Assembly (NCBI GenBank): GCA_963668505.2
Contig: CAXXWY010000022.1
Span: 86,613-150,612 of the forward strand
DNA length: 64,000 nt
From: Dehalococcoidia bacterium
Lineage (GTDB): Bacteria > Chloroflexota > Dehalococcoidia > Lucifugimonadales > UBA3495
Reading direction: 5' to 3'
Shown here: piece by piece, positions 28,624 through 36,731 of the stretch
Position numbering within the stretch: the first letter of the stretch is position 1
Layout: each line of letters starts with the position of its first letter
Notes under the pieces: generated by a model
The model's database searches: none
What the model was told of the DNA's origin: nothing
The model's input: only the letters and a program-made list of their open reading frames with translations
Made by a program: the position numbers and the translations under genes

Positions 28624-29982
28624 ATGTTACTGTCCAAGTCCTGGAAAATAGCAGTCTTGCTTGGCCTGCTGGTTTTTGCCGCGCTGGCCTGCGACTCAAG
28701 TTCAACAACTACGCCTGTCGCTTCTCCAGTCGCGACGGAGACGCCCTCGGCCCCCGCGTCTACCCCTGTCGTCACTCCCGCCGCCACGGAGCAGCCTTCA
28801 GCACCCACATCGACTCCTGTCGTCACGCAGGTTGCCACGGAGCAGCCTTCAGTCGCCACGTCTACCCCTGTCGTCACTCCGTCCGTCTCAGATGAGCCCT
28901 ACGTCATCGGCGCCATGGACGCCCTCACCGGTGTAGCCGAGTCATACGGCAACCCGTTGCACCAGGCCAAGCTTCTGGCCGTGGAGGAAATCAACGTCGC
29001 CGGCGGCATCAACGGCCGGATGTTGGAACTCAAAGTAGAAGACTCCAAGTGCGCGGCCCAGGACGCCATCACAGCCTACAGAAAATTGACCGACGTGGAC
29101 GGCGTCAAGATTATCCTGGGCACCACGTGCAGCGGCGCCATGCTCGGCGCGGCTCCCCTGGCCGAAAAGGACGGCGTTGTCATGCTGTCCGCATCCGCCA
29201 CCAGCCCCGACATCGCCACTGCCGGCGACTATATCTTCCGCACGGCCATCAACGACCAGCAACTGGGCATAGACATCGGCAACACCCTCTGGGTCGACGG
29301 AGCGCGTACCATCGCCACTATCAACGAGTCCACCGACTACGCCGAAGGGGCTCGCAGCACCGCTGTCGCCCGGTTCGAGGAACTTGGCGGCTCGGTAGTA
29401 GGGTCGGAACGCTATTCGTCCGAGGCCATCGACTTCCGAAGTCAATTGACCAAGCTGCTCGGCGAGAATCCCGATGCCATTCTCCTGGCTGCACAGGGCG
29501 AGGTTTCCGGGGGCACCATCGTCAAGCAGGCCCGGGAGTTGGGGTACGATGGCCCGATTTACTCGGAAATCGTGCCCACCGGCCAGGAGGCCCTGAACAT
29601 AGCCGGCGAAGCCGCCACGGGCCTGAAAGCCCTCGTCCCCAACCCCGACCTGACCACCTCGGCCGGCAAAGAGTTCCTCGAAAAATTCAAGGACCGGTAC
29701 GGCGAGGTCGCCACGCTGCCCTGGTTCCAGGGTTCCGCCTACGACGACGTGTACATCGCCGCCGAGTGCCTGGAGCAGACAGGGGACGACCAGGACTCCG
29801 ACGGCTTCCGGGACTGCCTGAACAACCTCACTTGGAGCGGCGCCATCGGCGATAACTACAGCTTCGACGAAAACGGCGACGTGGTGGGGCTGTCCAACGT
29901 GCTTATCCAGGTGCTGCCGGTTGACGAACGGACCGACGAGAACCTGGGCTACGAGGTCTTGGGCCCGGCTGCCTCGCCCTAG
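28624..29982 (+). CDS. ABC-transporter substrate-binding lipoprotein (LivK/Peripla_BP_6-like), orphan
   Basis: 452-aa ORF; lipobox ALACDS; T/P/S-rich linker with ~51-bp repeats; GVKIILGTTCSGA and later colinearity with branched-chain amino-acid binding proteins. Confidence 0.8.
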   Translation: MLLSKSWKIAVLLGLLVFAALACDSSSTTTPVASPVATETPSAPASTPVVTPAATEQPSAPTSTPVVTQVATEQPSVATSTPVVTPSVSDEPYVIGAMDALTGVAESYGNPLHQAKLLAVEEINVAGGINGRMLELKVEDSKCAAQDAITAYRKLTDVDGVKIILGTTCSGAMLGAAPLAEKDGVVMLSASATSPDIATAGDYIFRTAINDQQLGIDIGNTLWVDGARTIATINESTDYAEGARSTAVARFEELGGSVVGSERYSSEAIDFRSQLTKLLGENPDAILLAAQGEVSGGTIVKQARELGYDGPIYSEIVPTGQEALNIAGEAATGLKALVPNPDLTTSAGKEFLEKFKDRYGEVATLPWFQGSAYDDVYIAAECLEQTGDDQDSDGFRDCLNNLTWSGAIGDNYSFDENGDVVGLSNVLIQVLPVDERTDENLGYEVLGPAASP

Positions 29983-30058
29983 CCCTGCCAACCAGCCGCG
30001 ACCCGTTGCACACAGGGCGGAGACCTCCGCCTCCGCAAACTTTCCTGTAACCGTCATT

Positions 30059-31263
30059 TGTATGTTGCAGATGTCCCCTGGATGGGTCAATCTGTGGGGG
30101 CATGGGTGAGGGGCGCGTCGACCGTCATTGGGCGGACGAGGCTGTTGCCCCGTGGCGCCGGGCCGGAGTATGACACCCCTCACCCTAACCGGAACCTCCG
30201 AACGGATACCGGGGTCATAGGACCCGCATCAGCAAGTGGGGAGGCCGGCGATGCAATCATACGGGAAGGGGAGGCGCCAATGGAAGAGGGAAAGGTAGCC
30301 GGTATAGACGTAGGCAAGGCCAGCTTGGATGTATGGGTTGGTTTCGGGGCCGGTGCAACGCTTCGACAACACTGAAGAAGGCATCACAGCCCTTAAGGAA
30401 TGGCTGGAAGGTCAGGGAGTGGAGTTGGCAGTGTGTGAACCCACCGGGGGATACGAGAGGCAGTTGGTCAAGGGGCTGAAAGAAGCCGGGTTGGGGGTTC
30501 ACCTGGCCCATCCCAACAGGGTGCGGGCCTTCGCCAAGGCTTGCGGGTATGAGGCCAAGACCGACGTCATAGACGCCCTGGTGCTGAGCCGGTTCGGGCA
30601 GGCCTTTGCGCTGGAGCAATCGCCCCAGAGGGAGATGGAGCCGGAACGGGCTGAGCTAAAGGAGTTGCTGCGGCGCCGGCGTCAGTTGGTCGAACAGCGG
30701 GTGCAGGAACTGAACCGGCTGGACAAGGGTCTGAGCGAGGCGGCCCGGGCCTCGACCCAAAGGCACATCCACTGGCTGGATGAGGAGATATCCCGGCTGG
30801 ATCGGGAGTACCAGAAGGCGCTGCAAAGCAGTCGGGAGCTGTCACAGCAGGCGGAGTTGTACCGCAGCGTAAGGGGCATCGGGGAACTCACCGCAGCGGT
30901 CCTGGTGGCGGACTTGCCGGAGTTGGGGCAAGGGGACGCTAAGGGGTTGGCTTCACTGGTGGGCCTAGCCCCCTGGTCCCGGGACAGCGGGCGGCAGCGG
31001 GGCTACCGGGCTATCAGGGGTGGGCGCGGGTCAGTGCGACGGGCCCTGTATCTGGCTGCCTTGGCGGCGGTCCGCCGCCAAGACAGCGCTATTGGACGCT
31101 TCTACCGCCAACTGCGCCAGCGAGGCAAGCCGGGCAAAGTAGCCATGGTGGCGGTGACGCGCAAACTGCTGCTGCAACTGCATGCGGTAGCCCGAAGGGG
31201 AACACCCTGGGTGGAGAACTATGCCCCAGCCGCCTAAACCCTTGACATTCAACACAGATACTC
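30059..31263 (+). mobile_element. IS110-family insertion sequence inserted in a REP hairpin (ends +/- 2 nt)
   Basis: Flanks aaccgtcatt (30049-30058) and ccggccccccgagccggaatc (31264-31284) join into a REP unit seen uninterrupted at 43164-43182 and, in related form, at 57717-57746 and 27801-27829. Confidence 0.7.
30280..31237 (+). pseudogene. IS110-family (DEDD) transposase with one apparent +1 frameshift
   Basis: MEEGKVAGIDVGKASLDVW (frame of ORF 30058..30375) continues as VSGPVQRFDNTEEGITALKEWL... (ORF 30329..31237); removing one G from TGGG at 30334-30337 restores the frame. Confidence 0.85.
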
Positions 31264-31453
31264 CGGCCCCCCGAGCCGGAATCTAGGGGGCGTGGGGCGG
31301 GATAGAAAATACCGTCCGTTCCCCCTGGTCATGTCACCTCGCCGCGACCCCGTTGCCCGCAGGGCGAAGACCCCCGCCTGCGCGGGGGTGACGGGTTCAG
31401 GGCTGGGGTTGCGACATTCCCGCCTACGGAGACACTTGCGCGGGTTCGGCGGT

Positions 31454-31910
31454 TCAGCCGCTGGAGGCCTTGCGCCACAGCCGGTAGCCGGTTGCCCCAC
31501 ATCACCAGCGGCAGCAGCGTGTCTACCACGGCCCAGATTACCCAGGCTTGATCGTTGTTATCCAGGCTGTCCCCGCCCAGGGCCAGCAGGGAAAACCAGT
31601 TGTGCAGGAACAGGATCGTCACGCCCGCGGTCAGATAGAAGGCTACCTTGGCTTCCAGGTGGGGGGCGTCCCGAGGCTCCGTCCGCCGCCTCCCGTTCCG
31701 ACTCCAGCTTACGGGCGAAATTGAACACCAGCGCCAGCCCCAGCGCTATGACCATCAACACGTCCAGCACGTACCAGACCTTCAGATCGTCGAAGCCCTC
31801 GCTGATGAACGGGTTGATGATGAAGTACGCCGCCCACCGCCGTTCCCACGCCTACCAGGTAAACCGCCGCCAATCTATTCAGCATTGCCGCCATAACCAT
31901 CCCTCCATAG
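31454..31910 (-). pseudogene. Small multi-TM membrane protein, about 3 frameshifts
   Basis: Hand translation joins fragments of ORFs 31709..31900, 31558..31770 and 31329..31622 (…AAYFIINPFISEGFDDLKVWYVLDVLMVIALGLALVFNF… / …KVAFYLTAGVTILFLHNWFSLLALGG…); RBS GGAGGG before ATG 31910. Confidence 0.35.
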
Positions 31911-31925
31911 TCTTGTTATGTTGCC

Positions 31926-33585
31926 AGCAGCCTTAGCGCGGTTTCCCGCGCCCCGTCCCAGTCGTCTACTATCTGGTCTTCCGGGACGCGCTTGAGGACG
32001 TTCAGCGCGTGCAGGCTGCGGGCGGGTATGCCCCGACAGTCCCATCACGATGCAGTGAGTGTCCTGGGTTACAGCCGCCTCCACCAGCCGCTCCACCACC
32101 AGCGCTGCGCTGTCGTCCACGTAGACCGTGTCGGAAAAGTCCAGGATAACCACCTCATGGTCCCGGATATCAGCCCCGATGGTGTCGATGAGCTTGCTGG
32201 ACGATGCCACGGTGAAGGTGCCCCTTCAGCGCCACCAGGCCGACCCTGGCGGAAAGCATGTCCGTCTCTTCCCCATTTATCTCTGGGCCGAAGAAAGTCC
32301 GGTCCAGCAGGGGCGTGGAGATAACGCTGTCCATCTCCAGGCGCTCGAACTGCCGTGCGCTGGTTACTGCGGCGGCAATCATCCCTACGGCCACGGCGGC
32401 CACCAGGTCCAGGAACACCGTCAGGCCCAAGGTCAGCAGCATCACCACCATGTGCTCGCGTTGAACGTGGTGGATGCGGGTCAAAAACCGCCAGTCTATC
32501 GTGTCTATCGCCACCTTCACCAGGATGCCGGCCAGCACCGCGTTGGGTATTTGCGCAACGAAGTCGCCCAGCGCCAGCACCAGCACCACCAGGATGGCTA
32601 CGGAAAACACCCCTGCGACAATGGTGCTGCCGCCCGCCCGGATGTTGGCTATGGTGCTGGGAGTGGCCCCTGAGCCGGGCAGGCCCCGGATAAACCCGGT
32701 GAACACGTTGCCGATGCCCTGGGCCAGCAACTCTTTGCTGGGGTCGTGGCGCGCCCGGGTCCATCGAGTCTCCCACCAGCGCCGTAAGCAGGGTGTCCAC
32801 GGATCCCACCAACGCAATGATCATGGCCGGCTCGATGGAGCGCACTATTACATTGGGGGAAATGTCAGGCAGGTGGAAGGAAGGCAGGGCGGTGGGCCAC
32901 CGCGCCGATGGCCGGCGCGTCGGTGAGCCACAGCACGCTCATGACGGTCCCGACGGCCAGCGCCACCAGTGTCGCCGGCAGGTACTTGTCGAATTTCGTG
33001 GGCCAAATCAGGGCGGCGGCAAGAGTCGCCGCGGCTATGGCCACGGCGTTGGTCTCGAAGTGCTCGACCACGTCCGAGAAGTTGCGCAGGGTGCCGATGG
33101 GTCCGCCGGCGGCGACGGGGGGCCCCCAGGAAGGGCAGAATCTGCACCAGTATGATTATCACTCCCACCCCGGACATGAACCCGGATATGACCGAGTAGG
33201 GGGTGTAGGTCACGTAGCGGCCGATTCTCAGCAGGCCGAACAGCATCTGCATCAGCCCGGCCATGATGACAATGGTGAATGCCTCGGCGATGTTGTCGGC
33301 GTGGCTGGCGACGATTACCGCCATGGCGACGGTCATCGAACCGGTCGGACCGGAAATGAGAGCGCGGGTGCCGCCGAACACCGCGGCGAAGAAACCCACG
33401 GAGATTGCGCCGTACATTCCCGCCGCCGGGCCTTCCTCCGGGCCGAAGACGGCCAATCCGAAAGCCAAGGCCACCGGCAGGCTCACCACCGCCGCCGTTA
33501 TCCCGCCGAGGATGTCCCCCCGCAGGGTTGCCAGATCGTATTGCGTATCGCCGAGGGAAAGGCGGCTCAGCAAGCGGAACCCCAA
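31926..33585 (-). pseudogene. SulP-family anion permease with C-terminal STAS domain, at least 5 frameshifts
   Basis: Colinear SulP segments spread over ORFs 32848..33585, 32865..33071, 32069..32845, 32170..32817 and 31875..32210 (…ISGPTGSMTVAM…, …GLPGSGATPSTIANIRAGG…, STAS: VVILDFSDTVYVDDSAALVV). Confidence 0.8.
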
Positions 33586-33918
33586 AGGCGGCAGCGGCTG
33601 TCATCGCCTGGAGAAACTAGAGGTCGCCGGCCCATGGTCTTTTCAAACATGTCCTAAGTCGTCTCGGTCCCACCACCGCTTCAACCCAATCTGACCAATG
33701 GGCGCGGCTGACGGGCCGCTGGGGCAACGCGCCTTGGCCGGATGCGCCTGCAACGCAACTGCTGCGGGCGGTGCGACCAACCGTCGGAGTCGCCTTCGGG
33801 AAAGACGTCCGCCCCCTGTCGGCGGGGCGGCGAGGCCGGTCACGGGCTATCTGCAATAATCCCCAAAAGCCTTGCCGTGAGCCAGTGGCTTTCCCGGCGA
33901 TAGCCCTTGGTCGAGGAT

Positions 33919-33995
33919 TGGTGGGCCCGGATAGACTCGAACTATCGACCTCGGTCTTATCAGGACCGCGCTCTAACCGCCTGAGCTACGGGCCC
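33919..33995 (-). tRNA. tRNA-Ile (anticodon GAU), CCA encoded
   Basis: Minus strand reads gggcccgtagctcaggcggttagagcgcggtcctGATaagaccgaggtcgatagttcgagtctatccgggcccacca; 7-bp acceptor stem, D, anticodon and T arms fold by eye; 77 nt. Confidence 0.9.
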
Positions 33996-34012
33996 ATGCT
34001 GCTGCCCGCGAG

Positions 34013-34041
34013 ATTATATCAATGCTCCGATAAGCGCACAA
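34013..34041 (-). promoter_or_regulatory. Sigma-70-like promoter for tRNA-Ile
   Basis: Minus strand TTGTGC (34036-34041), 17-nt spacer, TATAAT (34013-34018), 17 nt before the mature tRNA 5' end. Confidence 0.45.
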
Positions 34042-34126
34042 CCCGCCGCCCGTTCGTCCCCGTATCAGGTACGGGGCAAGCTCTGAGGCTCTCGCCCTTC
34101 GTCTGGCTCAGGGGACACGAACGGAG

Positions 34127-34378
34127 GCGGGGAAATTTTAGATACCGTCCCATTTCCTCCCATTCTCTCCCATTTTGCCCCCCGCCTCCGCGGGCGTGAC
34201 GCTGCCGGGGTTGGACCTTGTTCTGCCCCCGCCTCCGCGGGGGTGACGATGCCTGGGGCCCCTTCTCTTTCCCGGGGGCCGGACTGGGTTTTTGTGTGGC
34301 GGCTGGGCCGCGGTTGCCTGCTGTTATGGTAGGGCAGCGGGCGGGGGTTTGGGAAGGGGCAAGTTGTCAGTATCTGGG
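34127..34378. repeat. Left arm of an inverted-repeat pair (partner 43443..43655)
   Basis: 34298-34378 matches the reverse complement of 43443-43524 with about 4 mismatches in about 80 nt; 34127-34180 matches the reverse complement of 43598-43655. Confidence 0.8.
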
Positions 34379-34531
34379 GGGGCGTTCGGGCGGGGGTTGT
34401 CGAAGGGCCGGCGTGTCACCAACCCGTCGCCCGTTAGACCCCCGCCTGCGCGGGGGTGACGGTAGGGAGTGTGCGGGGGTGACGGTGCTGTTGAGCGAGT
34501 ACTGGCAAGGACGCGCTGCCGCGCCCGGAGG

Positions 34532-35020
34532 CTACTGGCCGTTGTTCCCGTTTTCCATCAGGCGCCGCAGGATTGTAGAGAGAGTTTGCATGGCGACCTG
34601 CATGGCCTGCTGGGACTCTTCGTGGCGCTGCTGGGACTCTTCGTGGCGCTGGAGGGACTCTTCGTGACGCTGTTGGGCTTCTTCGTGGCGCTGGAGGTCG
34701 GTCGTGTGCGCCTGTTGGATTTCGGCCAGACGTTCCACGACGGTGAACATCCGGTCCTGTATATCGACCAGCCGGTTGATGGCCTCTTTGTTCTCTTGGA
34801 TGTCGGCGGCTTGGTCCCGTTGAAGCGCCTGAAGCATCTCCAGCATCACATCGTGCTTCAGGGCGGCGGCTTTCAGTTCCCGCTGTGTCTCCGCCTGCTG
34901 CTGCTGGATCTCTTTCAGTTCCCGCTGGGTTTCGGCCATTTCCCGCTGCGTCGCCTCCATGCTTAGGATGGCGTCTTCCAGGCGGTCGTGGCGGGCGTTG
35001 TGGTCGTTGTTGGTGGACAT
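34532..35020 (-). CDS. Coiled-coil protein of unknown function (copy 1)
   Basis: 162 aa from ATG 35020 (MSTNNDHNARHDRLED...); heptad-like Q/E/R-rich sequence with 7-aa QRHEES(L/Q) repeats; no known motif. Confidence 0.5.
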   Translation of the reverse strand: MSTNNDHNARHDRLEDAILSMEATQREMAETQRELKEIQQQQAETQRELKAAALKHDVMLEMLQALQRDQAADIQENKEAINRLVDIQDRMFTVVERLAEIQQAHTTDLQRHEEAQQRHEESLQRHEESQQRHEESQQAMQVAMQTLSTILRRLMENGNNGQ

Positions 35021-35130
35021 GGGGTGTCTCTCTTGATGGTAGTGTAGGCGATGGCGGTTGGGGTTTGCAAGCGGGCCGGTTGCGCCCCCAACCCGCCGCC
35101 CGTTCGCCCAACCCGTCATTCCCGCGCAGG

Positions 35131-35528
35131 GAGACCTTTGCGTAAACTCCCTCTCCCTTGATGGGAGAGGGGTTGGGGTGAGGGAGAGCTAAGAAACCAG
35201 TCCACCGATGCGGAGCGACTTCTCTGGTCGAGACTTCGCGATCGGAGGCTGCTGGGCCTTAAGTTCAGGAGGCAATCCCCTATCGGAAGATACATCGTCG
35301 ATTTCGTTTGTCCAGAGAAGAGACTCGTCATAGAGATCGATGGGGACCACCACCAGGAACAACGAACGCCCGACGCATCCAGGACGGCATGGCTAAGCTC
35401 CCTTGGATTCAGAGTGATTCGGTATTGGAACAATGAAGTACTGGAGTCGATTCGGATGACGTTGGACGGCGAAACGGCGCCCTCACCCCAACCCTCTCCC
35501 TTCAAGGGAGAGGGGGTTTTGCAAAGGT
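35131..35528 (+). mobile_element. ~400-bp TIR-bounded element carrying only a DUF559 ORF, flanked by a 10-bp duplication (copy 1)
   Basis: Ends gagACCTTTGCgtaaactCCCTCTCCC / GGGAGAGGGggttttGCAAAGGT; CCCGCGCAGG at 35121-35130 and 35529-35538; unoccupied site at 43894-43931. Confidence 0.65.
35161..35475 (+). pseudogene. DUF559 (Vsr-like/PD-(D/E)XK) endonuclease-domain ORF, copy 1, start out of frame
   Basis: ...[85 protein letters not shown]; relative to copy 2 an extra G (GGGG at 35169-35172) puts ATG 35161 out of frame. Confidence 0.6.
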
Positions 35529-35667
35529 CCCGCGCAGGCGGGAATCTCGCGCCTTGGGGCCGCGGGCCGTTAGACCCCCGCCTGCGCGGGGGTGACGGTA
35601 GGGAGTGTGCGGGGGTGACGGTGCTGTTGAGCGAGTACTGGCAAGGACGCGCTGCCGCGCCCGGAGG

Positions 35668-36156
35668 CTACTGGCCGTTGTTCCCGTTTTCCATCAGGCG
35701 CCGCAGGATTGTAGAGAGAGTTTGCATGGCGACCTGCATGGCCTGCTGGGACTCTTCGTGGCGCTGGAGGGACTCTTGGTGGCGCTGGAGGGACTCTTCG
35801 TGACGCTGTTGGGCTTCTTCGTGGCGCTGGAGGTCGGTCGTGTGCGCCTGTTGGATTTCGGCCAGACGTTCCACGACGGTGAACATCCGGTCCTGTATAT
35901 CGACCAGCCGGTTGATGGCCTCTATGTTCTCTTGGATGTCGGCGGCATGGTCCCGTTGAAGCGCCTGAAGCATCTCCAGCATCACATCGTGCTTTAGGGC
36001 GGCGGCTTTCAGTTCCCGCTGTGTCTCCGCCTGCTGCTGCTGGATCTCTTTCAGTTCCCGCTGGGTTTCGGCCATTTCCCGCTGCGTCGCCTCCATGCTT
36101 AGGATGGCGTCTTCCAGGCGGTCGTGGCGGGCGTTGTGGTCGTTGTTGGTGGACAT
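35668..36156 (-). CDS. Coiled-coil protein of unknown function (copy 2)
   Basis: Same as copy 1 with a few substitutions (RDHAADIQENIEAINR; HQESLQRHEESQQ); ATG at 36156. Confidence 0.5.
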   Translation of the reverse strand: MSTNNDHNARHDRLEDAILSMEATQREMAETQRELKEIQQQQAETQRELKAAALKHDVMLEMLQALQRDHAADIQENIEAINRLVDIQDRMFTVVERLAEIQQAHTTDLQRHEEAQQRHEESLQRHQESLQRHEESQQAMQVAMQTLSTILRRLMENGNNGQ

Positions 36157-36266
36157 GGGGTGTCTCTCTTGATGGTAGTGTAGGCGATGGCGGTTGGGGT
36201 TTGCAAGCGGGCCGGTTGCGCCCCCAACCCGCCGCCCGTTCGCCCAACCCGTCATTCCCGCGCAGG

Positions 36267-36691
36267 GAGACCTTTGCGTAACTCCCTCTCCCTTGATGGG
36301 AGAGGGTTGGGGTGAGGGAGAGCTAAGAAACCAGTCCACCGATGCGGAGCGACTTCTCTGGTCGAGACTTCGCGATCGGAGGCTGCTGGGCCTTAAGTTC
36401 AGGAGGCAATCCCCTATCGGAAGATACATCGTCGATTTCGTTTGTCCAGAGAAGAGACTCGTCATAGAGGTCGATGGGGCCACCACCAGAAACAACGAAC
36501 GCCCGACGCATCCAGGACGGCATGGCTAAGCTCCCTTGGATTCAGAGTGATTCGGTATTGGAACAATGAAGTACTGGAGTCGATTCGGATGACGTTGGAC
36601 GGCGAAACGGCACCCTCACCCCAACCCTCTCCCATCACGGCACCCTCACCCCAACCCTCTCCCTTCAAGGGAGAGGGGGTTTTGCAAAGGT
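36267..36691 (+). mobile_element. DUF559 TIR element (copy 2, part of the tandem duplication)
   Basis: Same termini and CCCGCGCAGG flanks (36257-36266, 36692-36701); carries a 30-bp internal tandem duplication at 36608-36667. Confidence 0.6.
36296..36605 (+). pseudogene. DUF559 endonuclease-domain ORF, copy 2, internal frameshift
   Basis: ATG 36296 ([22 protein letters not shown]...VIEVDG) then frame change at the G-run near 36476-36480; continues as [33 protein letters not shown] in ORF 36442..36777. Confidence 0.6.
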
Positions 36692-36731
36692 CCCGCGCAG
36701 GCGGGAATCTCGCGCCTTGGGGCCGCGGGCT

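Larger units (their letters stand above)
34433..36731. repeat. Tandem direct duplication of a 1.14-kb cassette (units 34433-35568 and 35569-36731)
   Basis: Track ORFs 34434..35111 and 35570..36247 are near-identical at an offset of 1136 nt; unit 2 carries an extra 30-bp internal duplication; a third unit start (gttagaccc) at 36732 diverges quickly. Confidence 0.9.

Noticed and set aside
28942-30183. 413-aa minus-strand ORF
   Set aside because: It is antisense to the substrate-binding protein gene 28624..29982 and is a GC-rich shadow ORF.
29993-31382. ~43-bp imperfect direct repeat (29993-30035 versus 31338-31382) as the target-site duplication of the IS110 element
   Set aside because: It is too long and too mismatched for a TSD, and IS110 elements typically make none. 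The two copies are separate instances of the gccgcgaccc(c)gttgc...gaccc(c)cgcct REP context. The REP-arm reconstruction at 30058/31264 fits better.
35414-35803. 129-aa ORF extending the DUF559 frame through the TIR, REPs and the antisense strand of the coiled-coil gene
   Set aside because: This is a read-through for lack of a stop codon in GC-rich DNA. The DUF559 homology ends around 35475.
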